A stretch of 64,000 bases of DNA from Candidatus Altiarchaeales archaeon (lineage in GTDB: Archaea > Altiarchaeota > Altiarchaeia > IMC4 > SCGC-AAA252-I15): assembly GCA_014727915.1 (NCBI GenBank), contig WJMO01000005.1:384001-448000 (forward strand), read 5' to 3'. Each line of letters starts with the position of its first letter. Position 1 is the stretch's first letter. Made by a program: the position numbers and the translations under genes. Below are positions 46,647-56,376 of the stretch, in pieces. The notes beneath the pieces are model-generated. The model did no database searches, had not been told where the DNA came from, and was given only the letters and a program-made list of their open reading frames with translations.

Positions 46647-49310
46647 ATGCCGACTAAAGGCCTTAAGAACATATTCTACCCGGAGACGATAGCCGTCATC
46701 GGCGCCAGCAACGAGAAGGACAGCGTCGGCTACTCCCTCATGGCGAACATGATAGGCCACGGGTTCAAGGGAACCGTATATCCTGTGAACATCAAATCCG
46801 ACAGCGTACAGGGAGTCCACGCCTACAAGACGGTCAAGGACATACCACGGCAGGTTGACCTGGCGGTTATTGCCACCCCGGCGAAGACGGTTCCCATGGT
46901 GATGGGACAGTGCGGGGAGGCAGGGGTCAAAGGCGCGGTCATAATCTCCGCAGGGTTCAAGGAGACAGGGGATGCCGGCTTGAAGCTGGAATCTGAGGTC
47001 AGGGAGATAGCGACCAAACACGGCATAAGGGTCGTGGGCCCCAACTGCCTCGGCGTCATAAACCCACGGATAAACCTGAACGCCAGCTTCGCGATAGACA
47101 TGCCCCTGGAGGGGAACATAGCCTTCATCTCCCAGAGCGGCGCCCTCTGCTCGTCCATAATTGACTGGGCCAACGATGTGGGCATAGGGTTCAGCAACTT
47201 CGTGTCAGTGGGCTCAATGCTGGACGTGGACTACGGCGACCTGATAGACTTCTTCGGCAGGGACCCGAAGACCAAGAGCATCGTCGTCTACATGGAGTCA
47301 GTGAAGAACGCGGGTAAGTTCATGAGCGCGGCCAGCGGGTTCGCACGGCAGAAGCCCATAGTCATAGTCAAGTCCGGCAGGTACGAGGAAGGCCGGAAGG
47401 CCGTCGTATCCCACACCGGCGCCATCGCAGGATCCGATGACGTCTACAGCGCCGCCTTCCAGAGGGCGGGTGTGGTCAGGGTCAACGAGGTCGGCGACCT
47501 ATTCGACATCGCCGAGAAGCTCGCGAAGGGCCCGTTGCCTAAGGGCCCAGATATCGCGGTCATCACCAACGCAGGCGGCCCCGGGGTGATGGCAACCGAC
47601 AAGATAATCGAGGCCAACGGCAAGCTCGCTGAGATACCAGAGGACATGATAGGCCGTTTGGACAAGGTATTGCCGGCGAGCTGGAGCCGCAACAACCCAT
47701 TGGACGTCCTGGGCGATGCGGGAGCCGACAGGTACAGGCCAGCAGTTGAGGAATGCATAAAGGAGCGGGGCGTGGACAGCGTGATGGTGATGCTGACACC
47801 CCAGGCGGGCACGGACATCACAGAGACGGCTGAGGCGGTGGCTGAAGCGTGGCGTGGCAGCGGAAAGCCAATAACGGCCTGTTGGATGGGGGGCAGGTCC
47901 GTTGAGAGGGCGAAGCAGGTCCTCAGGGAGAATGACATACCCGTCTACCCCACCCCTGAAAAGGCTGTGATGCCCCTAATCGCAAGCTACAACTACGTCC
48001 ATAACCTGGAGCTCCTGCATGAGACTCCGATGGAACTGACCGACGCAGTATGCAGGGACAGGGAGAAGCTGGAGAAGATAATCGAGGAGAGCTACCGCAG
48101 CGGAAATCATGTCCTGTCGGAGCGGGAGTCCAAGGAGTTCCTCAGGGAATACGGGATAAACACGAACCATGCGGTTCTAGCCAAGACCCGGGAGGAGGCG
48201 GTGAAGGCAGCCAATGACGTCGGCTACCCGGTGGTCCTGAAGATCGACTCACCCCAGATAACCCATAAGACCGACGCCGGCGGTGTGATGTTGAGCATCT
48301 ACAACGACGCGGAAGCCGGAAAGGCCTATGATCGGATAATCGAGAACGCGACGAACTACGACGCCAAAGCGGACATAAGGGGTGTTGCTGTCATGAAGAT
48401 GGTAACGGACAGGGGTTTCGAGATGCTTCTTGGCTCCAAAAGGGACGAGGTGTTCGGACAGGTTGTGGTGTTCGGCGCAGGCGGAACCCTCGTCGAGGTG
48501 CTGCGGGACAAGAGCATAGGGCTGCCGCCTCTGAACCAGACCCTGGCCAGGAGGATGATGGAGGAGATCAAGGGCTTCAAGCTGCTGAGGGACGGCTCCC
48601 GTGACAGGTCCCCCGCGGACCTCACGGAGTTGGAGAAGGCCATCATAAACTTCAGCCAGCTGATAATCGACAACCCAGACATAGTCGAAGTCGACATAAA
48701 CCCCCTGCTCGCCTGCAAGGACAAGGTCATAGCATTGGATGCGAGGATTGTATTGGACAGGGAAAGGTCCAAGAAGGGAGGCGAGCACCTGTGCATCACA
48801 CCCTATCCGCGGGAGTACATTGAAGAGTATGAGCTGGCCGCGGGGGAGAGGATACTGCTCCGCCCGATCAAGCCCGAGGACGAGCCCAGGATGAAAGAAC
48901 TGTTCGAAAGCCTCTCCGAGAAGACCATCCACTACCGGTTCTTCCACGCCATAAGGGAGATAACCCATGAGATGCTCGTAAGATACTGCCACAACGACTA
49001 CAACAGGGAGATAGCGATCGTCGCCGAGAAGGACGGGCAGTTCAGGGGTGTGAGCAGGCTCATGTTCGACCCCGGGGAGAGGAGCGCGGAGTTCGCGGTG
49101 GTGGTTACGGACAGATGGCAGAACAAGGGCTTGGGGTCGAAGCTAGTGTCCAAGATAGTCGACGTGGCGAGGTCCAAGGACCTGGAGAAGGTCTATGCCA
49201 CGGTGATAAAGGAGAACCATGCCATGAAGCACGTCGCCGAGAAGCTGGGCTTCAAGGTCGAAGCCACCGACGACCCGCAGATAGACGCGCTGACGTTACG
49301 ACTAAGATGA
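46647..49310 (+). CDS. pat: NDP-forming acyl-CoA synthetase alpha/beta + GNAT fusion (Pat-type protein lysine acetyltransferase)
   Basis: GPNCLG, SQSGA, SHTG, TNAGGPG, NPLD, HKTDAGGV, DINPL, DARI; then PYP linker and GNAT domain (RPIKPEDE, EFAVVV, QNKGLG). Confidence 0.9.
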   Translation: MPTKGLKNIFYPETIAVIGASNEKDSVGYSLMANMIGHGFKGTVYPVNIKSDSVQGVHAYKTVKDIPRQVDLAVIATPAKTVPMVMGQCGEAGVKGAVIISAGFKETGDAGLKLESEVREIATKHGIRVVGPNCLGVINPRINLNASFAIDMPLEGNIAFISQSGALCSSIIDWANDVGIGFSNFVSVGSMLDVDYGDLIDFFGRDPKTKSIVVYMESVKNAGKFMSAASGFARQKPIVIVKSGRYEEGRKAVVSHTGAIAGSDDVYSAAFQRAGVVRVNEVGDLFDIAEKLAKGPLPKGPDIAVITNAGGPGVMATDKIIEANGKLAEIPEDMIGRLDKVLPASWSRNNPLDVLGDAGADRYRPAVEECIKERGVDSVMVMLTPQAGTDITETAEAVAEAWRGSGKPITACWMGGRSVERAKQVLRENDIPVYPTPEKAVMPLIASYNYVHNLELLHETPMELTDAVCRDREKLEKIIEESYRSGNHVLSERESKEFLREYGINTNHAVLAKTREEAVKAANDVGYPVVLKIDSPQITHKTDAGGVMLSIYNDAEAGKAYDRIIENATNYDAKADIRGVAVMKMVTDRGFEMLLGSKRDEVFGQVVVFGAGGTLVEVLRDKSIGLPPLNQTLARRMMEEIKGFKLLRDGSRDRSPADLTELEKAIINFSQLIIDNPDIVEVDINPLLACKDKVIALDARIVLDRERSKKGGEHLCITPYPREYIEEYELAAGERILLRPIKPEDEPRMKELFESLSEKTIHYRFFHAIREITHEMLVRYCHNDYNREIAIVAEKDGQFRGVSRLMFDPGERSAEFAVVVTDRWQNKGLGSKLVSKIVDVARSKDLEKVYATVIKENHAMKHVAEKLGFKVEATDDPQIDALTLRLR

Positions 49311-50419
49311 AGACCGGGATAGTATACCACGACGACTACCTGAAGCACAGGCAGGTGGAGCACCACCCCGAGTGCCCGGAGAGGCTTGAGACAACCCTCG
49401 AGTACTTCCTGAAGACGGGGTTGACCGACCAGGTGGAGATGATCAATCCAGGGCCCGCAGCCGTGGAAGCGCTGACCAGGGTCCACTCCAAAGAGCATGT
49501 GGAGTACATCAGGTGCAGGAGCAGCCAGGGCAAGGGAAAGTTCTCCGTCATCGACTCCGACACCTACATCTGCAGCGAAACCTACGATGTGGCTTTGCTC
49601 GCAGCTGGTGGTGTCATAGCGGCGGGGGAGGCCGTGTGGAAGGGGGAGCTGGACAACTGCTTCGCGCTGGTGAGGCCTCCCGGACACCATGCCTCCATGA
49701 ACCAGGCCACCGGCTTCTGCTACTTCGACAACACAGCGGTTATGATAAAGCACCTGCAGGCCAACCAGGGGCTGAAGAAGGTTTTCCTCTTCGACTGGGA
49801 CGCCCACGCGCCCAATGGCACGATGGGCACGTTCTACAGTGACCCCAGTGTGCTGAACATGAGCATACACCAGGATCCCCGGTCGTTCTACCCCGGCCAC
49901 GGTTTCGTGGACCAGATAGGCGAGGGCGCTGGCAAGGGCTATACCATCAACTTCCCGGTTCCAGGAGGCTCGGGGGACGCGGACTTCATCCACTTCATCG
50001 ACGAGTTCGTAATGGCCAGGGTGAAGAAGTTCAAGCCGGATATGATCGCCGTCTCAGCAGGCCAGGACAGCCACCGAGACGACCTGATATCCCAGCTTCA
50101 GGTGACCGACAACGGATACGCTCTGATGACCCGCAGGTTCATGGAATTGGCGGATGAGCTATGCGGTGGAAAGCTGGTGTTGGCCTTGGAGGGCGGCTAC
50201 AACCTGAAGACCCTTCCAATAACCCATCATACGATCACATCCACCCTCCTGGGAGTCAATGACCCGGAGCCTGCGGGCGGAGAGGTGCTGGATTCCACAA
50301 GGCAGATGATGTCCGAGCTACGGAACAAGCTGAAGGCCTCCACAATATGGCCGGAAGCCCCCGAATACGGCGAGTCAGCCGATTTAGAGGAGGGTGACAG
50401 GAGATGCACGCCCCCCTGA
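49307..50419 (+). CDS. Zn-dependent histone deacetylase-family protein
   Basis: HPECPERL, RPPGHHA, GFCYFDN, DWDAH, SIHQ, AGQD, LEGGY. Start MKTGIV overlaps the pat stop (ATGA). Confidence 0.92.
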   Translation: MKTGIVYHDDYLKHRQVEHHPECPERLETTLEYFLKTGLTDQVEMINPGPAAVEALTRVHSKEHVEYIRCRSSQGKGKFSVIDSDTYICSETYDVALLAAGGVIAAGEAVWKGELDNCFALVRPPGHHASMNQATGFCYFDNTAVMIKHLQANQGLKKVFLFDWDAHAPNGTMGTFYSDPSVLNMSIHQDPRSFYPGHGFVDQIGEGAGKGYTINFPVPGGSGDADFIHFIDEFVMARVKKFKPDMIAVSAGQDSHRDDLISQLQVTDNGYALMTRRFMELADELCGGKLVLALEGGYNLKTLPITHHTITSTLLGVNDPEPAGGEVLDSTRQMMSELRNKLKASTIWPEAPEYGESADLEEGDRRCTPP

Positions 50420-50949
50420 AAGCGGATAACACGGTGCTCGTAGTCGTGGACATGCAGGAGAAGTTCAAGCCTGTCATACGCGGCTGGGACGGTGTTGTGG
50501 ACAATGTCGTGAAGCTGGTGAAGGGGTTCAAAGTGCTTGGCGTGCCTGTGGTCCATACGGAACAGTACCCCAAGGGGTTGGGGAGGACCGTCCCCAAACT
50601 ATCCGGCGAACTTGATGGTGATCCGATCGAGAAGCTGCATTTCAGCTGCTTCGGAGACGATGGCTTCTGCCAACGCCTCGGAGAGCTTCAGAGGGAGAAC
50701 ATAGTACTGTGCGGCATCGAAGCCCACGTGTGCCTGCTGAAGACCACGTTGGATGCTTTGGACAGGGGCTATAGCGTCCACTATGTGCTGGACGGAACAT
50801 CCTCCAGGAGGCCGTTGGACAAGGAGGTCGCGGTGGAGCGTGTCATACAGGCGGGCGCGTATACTGTGACATCGGAGATGGTCCTGTTCCAGCTTTTGGA
50901 CAGGTCCGGGACCGAAGAGTTCACGGAGATAAGCAAGCTCGTGAAGTAG
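50404..50949 (+). CDS. Isochorismatase-family cysteine hydrolase
   Basis: VVDMQEK, TEQYPKGLG, FSC, GIEAHVC. Confidence 0.9.
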   Translation: MHAPLKADNTVLVVVDMQEKFKPVIRGWDGVVDNVVKLVKGFKVLGVPVVHTEQYPKGLGRTVPKLSGELDGDPIEKLHFSCFGDDGFCQRLGELQRENIVLCGIEAHVCLLKTTLDALDRGYSVHYVLDGTSSRRPLDKEVAVERVIQAGAYTVTSEMVLFQLLDRSGTEEFTEISKLVK

Positions 50950-50953
50950 CTGC

Positions 50954-51202
50954 TTACTGTTGTAATCTTATCGTATGCCCTTTCAACGAAGCCTTCCGGG
51001 CCTTGGTCTTGGAGCGTATCTCCTCAGTGACCTGGTGCTTGTCCCTCTCGCCGAGTGAGGACTTGAGCATCTTGACATTGACTTTCTTGTGCTTTCTGAG
51101 TATGGTCCTTATCTCGGCGATCAGTTCAGGAGTCACTCCCTTCTTTCCAACCCGGACGGTGATGTCCTGTTCACCGGGCTTTTCCCTTGAGCTTCTTGAC
51201 AT
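50954..51202 (-). CDS. YhbY/CRM-domain RNA-binding protein
   Basis: VRVGKKGVTPELIAEI...VNVKMLKS...GHT. Confidence 0.8.
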   Translation of the reverse strand: MSRSSREKPGEQDITVRVGKKGVTPELIAEIRTILRKHKKVNVKMLKSSLGERDKHQVTEEIRSKTKARKASLKGHTIRLQQ

Positions 51203-52154
51203 TCTTAGAGCCTGTCAGGAACATGGCCGTCCTGAACTCGGCGATGAACAATTCGACGTATTCCCTCACTGCCTTCTCCCCGCCAGATCCGTAGGCGCGC
51301 AGCACTGGCAGGGCTGCCCCGACCACGTCGGCGCCCAATGCTATGCACTTGGCCGCGTCCAACCCGTTCCTAACGCCTCCCGAGGCTATCAGCGGCTTCT
51401 TCACCCTGCTCAACTCCGCGATGGACTCTGCTGTCGGGGTGCCCCAGTCGGCGTATGTGACTCCGACAGACTTCATCTTCCCGTTGGTTCGGTGGCTTTC
51501 CACGAGGCTCCATGACGTCCCTCCCAGTCCTCCGCAGTCCAGGGCGGCGACCTTCAGCTTCCGGGCGGTCTTCAAGTCCAACCCGGAACCCACCTCTTTC
51601 ACAATGACTGGCACGTCCATTTTGGAGGCGACCGCGTTGATCTTCCCCGTCAATCCCCTGAAGTCGGTGTCGCCTTCGGGTTGTATGACCTCCTGCAATG
51701 GGTTGAGGTGCAGTGCCAGGGCGTCCGCGTCGATCATCTCGACAGCCTTCCTGCAATCCTCCAGACCGTATCCGCAGTTCAGCTGGACCGCGCCCAGGTT
51801 CCCGATCAACAGTATGTCTGGGGCTGCATCCCTCACCTTGTATGTCGTCGCTAGCCTGGGGTTCTCGAGGGCTGCCCTCTGGCTGCCCACGCCCATGCCA
51901 AGCCCGTATTCCTGCGCTACCCTCGCCAGTGCCTTGTTAACCTTCCTTGCCTCGCCGGTACCGCCGGTTATGGCCTCGAATATCAGGGGGAAATCAAGCC
52001 GCTTCCCGAGGAATCTCGTGCTGGTCTTCACCTCTGAGAGGCTTATCTCAGGGCTTGCCCTGTGGTCCAACCTGACCAGGTCGAAACCGGCATAACCTGC
52101 CTCCACATCCTCTTCCATGCAGATTCTCAGATGGTCCTTTTTCCTGCCTTTCAC
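51171..52154 (-). CDS. fni: Type 2 isopentenyl-diphosphate isomerase
   Basis: RKKDH, ITGG, GVGSQR, HLNPLQE, KEVGSG, GGTSW, ASGGVR. Start uncertain. Confidence 0.95.
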   Translation of the reverse strand: MKGRKKDHLRICMEEDVEAGYAGFDLVRLDHRASPEISLSEVKTSTRFLGKRLDFPLIFEAITGGTGEARKVNKALARVAQEYGLGMGVGSQRAALENPRLATTYKVRDAAPDILLIGNLGAVQLNCGYGLEDCRKAVEMIDADALALHLNPLQEVIQPEGDTDFRGLTGKINAVASKMDVPVIVKEVGSGLDLKTARKLKVAALDCGGLGGTSWSLVESHRTNGKMKSVGVTYADWGTPTAESIAELSRVKKPLIASGGVRNGLDAAKCIALGADVVGAALPVLRAYGSGGEKAVREYVELFIAEFRTAMFLTGSKNVKKLKGKAR

Positions 52155-52205
52155 CGTAACTGAAATTAAGACGCAGTAGGATATAAACATGTATTCGAAA
52201 AACAC

Positions 52206-52541
52206 ATGCAGATGAGGCTTAAAATAACCTATGATGGGCGGGAGATGGGATTGCGGGCGGTCTACATATCCCTCATGCTGTTCATAAAGCTCTCCCTCCT
52301 GTTCTACCCGTTTCCTCCGTTGATAGTCGCGAAGTTCCCATTCACCCTCGTGGACTTGGCTGTCATACTGGTGCTCTTGAGGCTGGTGGTCGCTGATAAC
52401 CGCGTCGGCTACGTTCTCTCGGTGCTTTTCTTCACGGTCACGACCGTGGGAGTGATACTCTCATATGGGGTCCTCGACCTAGCATGGCCCTTCTATCTGA
52501 TAGCGGTGGTAGCTGCGCTGACTAAGGCGTTGAAGAAATGA
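52206..52541 (+). CDS. Small membrane protein
   Basis: Four hydrophobic segments. Confidence 0.55.
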   Translation: MQMRLKITYDGREMGLRAVYISLMLFIKLSLLFYPFPPLIVAKFPFTLVDLAVILVLLRLVVADNRVGYVLSVLFFTVTTVGVILSYGVLDLAWPFYLIAVVAALTKALKK

Positions 52542-52553
52542 CCTTGGATGGGT

Positions 52554-53543
52554 TCACATGTTCCTGTCTATGAGGAAGTCGGCTATCTCGATGAGGCTAT
52601 CTTTGGCTTCGCAGTCGGGTAGTATTCCCAAAGCTCGTTTCCCCTCCGATATGAGCTCCGCGACCCTTTCATCCGCGTATTCTATGCTTCCGGTCTCGCC
52701 GAGCTTGTCTATTGCCGCCTTCACGTCCTCGTCGGATGCGCTGTCATTGCCCAACACCGCCTTTATCATGTCCCTGTCTTCCTCGCATGCTTTGGCGAGG
52801 GCGTGGACTATTATCAGGGTCTTCTTCCCCGACCTTATGTCCGACCCCACTGGTTTGCCCAGCTTTTTCGCGTCGGCGGTGAGGTCGAGCACGTCGTCTT
52901 TGATCTGGAACGCGACTCCGCAGTTGCTACCGTATATTCTGAAGGCTTCGAGTTGCTCTTCGCTGCCGCCGCCGACGATGCACCCTATCTTCACCGCAGC
53001 CTCTATCAGCGCCCCCGTCTTCTTCCCGATCATGGTCATATACTGGTCTTCTGTGACCTGGTCGTCCTTCTCGAATAGCATGTCCATTATCTGCCCTTCC
53101 TGGAGTTCCGTGTTGGCTTCCACGAGGGCTTCAACGGCCTTTAGTACTCTCGAGTCCTCTACGCCCTTGTTCCGCATGTCGATGAGCGCCTTGAAAGAGC
53201 TTGAGTAGAGGGTGTCTCCGATCATGATGCCCATCTCATCACCCCATATGCTGTGGACTGTTGGCTTCCCCCGCCTCTCCTCGTCATGGTCCATTATGTC
53301 GTCGTGGACGAGGGTGAACGTGTGCAGCAGCTCCACCGACGCCGCGGCGGGGAGTATGGACTCCGGGTCTCCCCCGACCGCCTCGGCGGCGAGCAACGTG
53401 AGACAGGGCCTTATCCGCTTTCCCCCCGCGTCCAGGGGGTGCAGTATCATCTTCTGGATCTTCTCATCCCCTATCTTCGAGTACTCCCTCATCACCGGCT
53501 CCACTGCCGCGCACCGGTTGATTATGACCTTCTTCACGTCCAT
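52554..53543 (-). CDS. idsA: Geranylgeranyl diphosphate synthase (short-chain polyprenyl synthase)
   Basis: GGKRIRP, FTLVHDDIMD...RRG, EGQ, KTGAL, FQIKDDVLD, GKPVGSD. Confidence 0.93.
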   Translation of the reverse strand: MDVKKVIINRCAAVEPVMREYSKIGDEKIQKMILHPLDAGGKRIRPCLTLLAAEAVGGDPESILPAAASVELLHTFTLVHDDIMDHDEERRGKPTVHSIWGDEMGIMIGDTLYSSSFKALIDMRNKGVEDSRVLKAVEALVEANTELQEGQIMDMLFEKDDQVTEDQYMTMIGKKTGALIEAAVKIGCIVGGGSEEQLEAFRIYGSNCGVAFQIKDDVLDLTADAKKLGKPVGSDIRSGKKTLIIVHALAKACEEDRDMIKAVLGNDSASDEDVKAAIDKLGETGSIEYADERVAELISEGKRALGILPDCEAKDSLIEIADFLIDRNM

Positions 53544-53659
53544 GATGTGTAAATACTATCCCCTAATCCCTATTTATACCATCCCCAAACGTCCGGGTTT
53601 AAATGTTAAACCTCCAGTATTTATATTTTGGTTTCAATTTTTGACATAGGTGCGGGGCG

Positions 53660-54427
53660 ATGGTTCATGAGCGGATTTCTGACATCATGACCCATAGGGT
53701 CATCACAGTCAACGAGTCCATGACAGTCTACGATGCGGCCTGCGCCATGGCGTCCAAGAACGTGGGTTCCATCCTGATAACCGAGAAAGCATCTTTGAAG
53801 GGCATACTCACCGAACGGGACATCCTCCGCCAGATAGGTCAGGGGAACAACGTTGATAAAATGCTAGTCTCCGACCTGATGACGAAGAATGTGATGACCG
53901 TCACATCAGACACCAGAATATCGGATGCTGGCAGGATCCTCGTGGAGCACAGGTTCCGCCGGCTGCCTGTGGTAGACGGCGGGGTGCTGGTTGGTATCGT
54001 GACCTCCACGGACCTGGTGTTCGAGCTGAACTCCCATCAGATATCAGGGCACATAAGCGATTACATGAGCACCACAACCTACACTGTCCGGTCTTCAGCC
54101 TCTGTCGGCGACGCGGTGGAGGTGATGATCAAGAACAACATCGGATCGGTGATCGTAGTGGACGACGATGACATCAAGGGCATACTCACCGAACGGGACG
54201 TGTTGAAGGCAGTTGTAGCCAAGAAAAAATCTTCCGACACCATCATATCCGAGGTCATGTCCCGCAACACACTGAACGTCCACCCCGACACGCAGATAAG
54301 CCACGCCTGCCACCTCATGTACTACAACGGCATTCGCAGGTTCCCCGTAGTAGACTACGACCACAAACTCGCCGGCATGATAACCGAACGAGACCTACTA
54401 CAAGCACTCATAAAACTCACAAGCTGA
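53660..54427 (+). CDS. Four-CBS-domain protein
   Basis: Repeated GILTERD / GIVTSTD / GMITERD motifs. Confidence 0.9.
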   Translation: MVHERISDIMTHRVITVNESMTVYDAACAMASKNVGSILITEKASLKGILTERDILRQIGQGNNVDKMLVSDLMTKNVMTVTSDTRISDAGRILVEHRFRRLPVVDGGVLVGIVTSTDLVFELNSHQISGHISDYMSTTTYTVRSSASVGDAVEVMIKNNIGSVIVVDDDDIKGILTERDVLKAVVAKKKSSDTIISEVMSRNTLNVHPDTQISHACHLMYYNGIRRFPVVDYDHKLAGMITERDLLQALIKLTS

Positions 54428-54444
54428 GACTCTGGATTTTTTGC

Positions 54445-55101
54445 CTACTGGACTCCCTTCACAGTTTCCACTTTAACTTCTTCCAGGCTTTCCACTATCA
54501 GGTCGGGTTTTTGCCTTTCCAGTTCTTCTTTTGTGTGTGTTCCTGTGGTGACGGCGATGACTTTCATCCCCGCTGACTTAGCTGCCTGCACTCCGAACAC
54601 GGAATCCTCCAATACAACGCAGTCTGATGGTTTGGCATCGAGTTCTTCCGCTGCCTTGAGGAATATGTCGGGTTCCGGTTTGCTCTTCAGTCCTTCGCTG
54701 CGGTAGACTTCAGCGTTGAAGTATTCTCTCACCCTGCAGGCGTCAAGTATTGCCTTACCGGTGTCGGGGGTGTTCGCCGTCGCCAACGCCAGCTTAAAAC
54801 CCGCGTTCTTCAGCGAATCCAAGATTTCAACCGCCCCGGGGAGCAACTCGCAGGTGCTCAGGTTCTCAACCACCTTCCGACGGCGTTTCACCACGAAATC
54901 GTCGTAGTCCACGTCCTCAACCCCCTTCTCCTCGAAGAAGGTCCTCGCGATCTCCTCTGCAGTCCGGCCGTAATGGGATTCCAGGTCCTCCCGGGCGAAC
55001 TCCAGCCCGTATTCCTCCGAAACAAGCTCCTGGAAGCCTCTAAGGTGCAATTCGAACAGGTCCACCAATGTGCCGTCCAGGTCGAAGATGACATAGTCCA
55101 T
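54445..55101 (-). CDS. HAD-family phosphatase (beta-PGM/CbbY-like)
   Basis: FDLDGTLVD, LATA, KPEPDIF, LEDSVFG. Confidence 0.9.
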   Translation of the reverse strand: MDYVIFDLDGTLVDLFELHLRGFQELVSEEYGLEFAREDLESHYGRTAEEIARTFFEEKGVEDVDYDDFVVKRRRKVVENLSTCELLPGAVEILDSLKNAGFKLALATANTPDTGKAILDACRVREYFNAEVYRSEGLKSKPEPDIFLKAAEELDAKPSDCVVLEDSVFGVQAAKSAGMKVIAVTTGTHTKEELERQKPDLIVESLEEVKVETVKGVQ

Positions 55102-55145
55102 AGAAGAATATATTATGCAACAAAAACAATTATAAGACAACTAAG

Positions 55146-56096
55146 ATGAAATCGCATTCAAACGCCATCGCATACCCGGGGTTGCCGGTGGTGTTCGCCG
55201 AAGGCTTCAGAGACTACAGGAAGAGGATATCAGGCCACAGCCACGCGAGCTTCGCCATAACAGACGCCTACGAGACCGTGAAGACCGAGACCAGCGCGGA
55301 AACTGTCAAAGCAGGGGTCGAGTTCACATTCGAAGGAAAGAGGCCAGCCGACCCCCGCTCGTCCGCCACCATGGACGTCATCCGCGAGATGATCTCCCTC
55401 GCAGCCGAGCGCACCGGCGTAAACGTCAGCTCCATCAACCACGGCATACTCACGGGCAGCAGCGACTCAGGCGCCGCAGCGCTGGTCACCGCATTGGACG
55501 ACCTCCTCGGCCTGAACCTGCCGCTGTGGCAGCTCAACGAGATCGCTAGCAGAGTCAGCGAAACAGCTTACAGGAGCCTCATCGGCGGTTTGAGCGAGCA
55601 CGTCATAAACGACGAAGGAGACGTCCGCATACGGCAGCTGAAGAAGGCCTCAGCATTCAAAGACCTAATGATCTACGCGATACCCTTCGATCTGAAGAGG
55701 TTCAGCGCAGACGACCTTCACAAGCGCGTGTCACAGCACCCCCGGTACAGCGACCGCCAGCTCCAGGTCGAATACAGGCTGGAGAACCTCAACAACCTAG
55801 CCAGGGGCGGCGACCTCCAGGGCATACTCGAATTGATGGAGTCCGAGGCCCGGACAGTCCATCAGATGTTCAATGATTTGGGGATGGAGGTCATCAAACC
55901 CGATATGAGGGAGGTCACAGAACTCGTCCAGGACATGCGGTCCAGCAGCCTGAAGGTGTACTGGAACGTCGCCGGCGGCAGCACAGTCTACGTTTTCACG
56001 TTGAAGAAGCATGCCAAGGAGGTGACCCGCGAGCTCAAGGACCGCGGATTTAAATACAAGCACTTCAAAGTAGCTGATGGGGCTAGAGTCATATGA
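55146..56096 (+). CDS. GHMP-family mevalonate-3-kinase-like protein (diphosphomevalonate decarboxylase homologue lacking the DAGPN Asp)
   Basis: AYP, GILTGSSDSGAA, VSETAYRSLIGGL, KRFSADDLH and NVAGGSTVYV match recalled motifs of Thermoplasma Ta1305 (GILSGSSDAGAA, VSESAGRSLFGGL, TGGSNVYV). Confidence 0.7.
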   Translation: MKSHSNAIAYPGLPVVFAEGFRDYRKRISGHSHASFAITDAYETVKTETSAETVKAGVEFTFEGKRPADPRSSATMDVIREMISLAAERTGVNVSSINHGILTGSSDSGAAALVTALDDLLGLNLPLWQLNEIASRVSETAYRSLIGGLSEHVINDEGDVRIRQLKKASAFKDLMIYAIPFDLKRFSADDLHKRVSQHPRYSDRQLQVEYRLENLNNLARGGDLQGILELMESEARTVHQMFNDLGMEVIKPDMREVTELVQDMRSSSLKVYWNVAGGSTVYVFTLKKHAKEVTRELKDRGFKYKHFKVADGARVI

Positions 56097-56335
56097 TGGA
56101 CTTGATTGGTTGGCTGTCCAGCATGTTACATGGCAGTGGCAGGTACGTTTCAAGCAGGCACTCCCGGGAGCACCTATACCACAGCATCGAATGCGAATGC
56201 CCCTACCTCAAGAACATACAGAAAGGGAACAAGATATTCTACAGGAACCGGGACCGGGCTGCCAGCAACGGACTGAAATACTGCAGGATATGCCGGCAGC
56301 AGACGATGCAGAAAACACTCAAAGACTACACTTGA
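56093..56335 (+). CDS. Small Ada-type Zn-binding domain protein
   Basis: YVSS...YH...C...I...N...A...G...CRIC pattern; ATGA overlap with the upstream gene. Confidence 0.55.
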   Translation: MMDLIGWLSSMLHGSGRYVSSRHSREHLYHSIECECPYLKNIQKGNKIFYRNRDRAASNGLKYCRICRQQTMQKTLKDYT

Positions 56336-56376
56336 CCCTCTTTTATACTTTTTTTACGAGTATCTTGTGATGTAAG

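Noticed and set aside
53798-54199. 24-bp direct repeat AAGGGCATACTCACCGAACGGGAC
   Set aside because: It encodes KGILTERD in duplicated CBS pairs; not an att site or DGR repeat.
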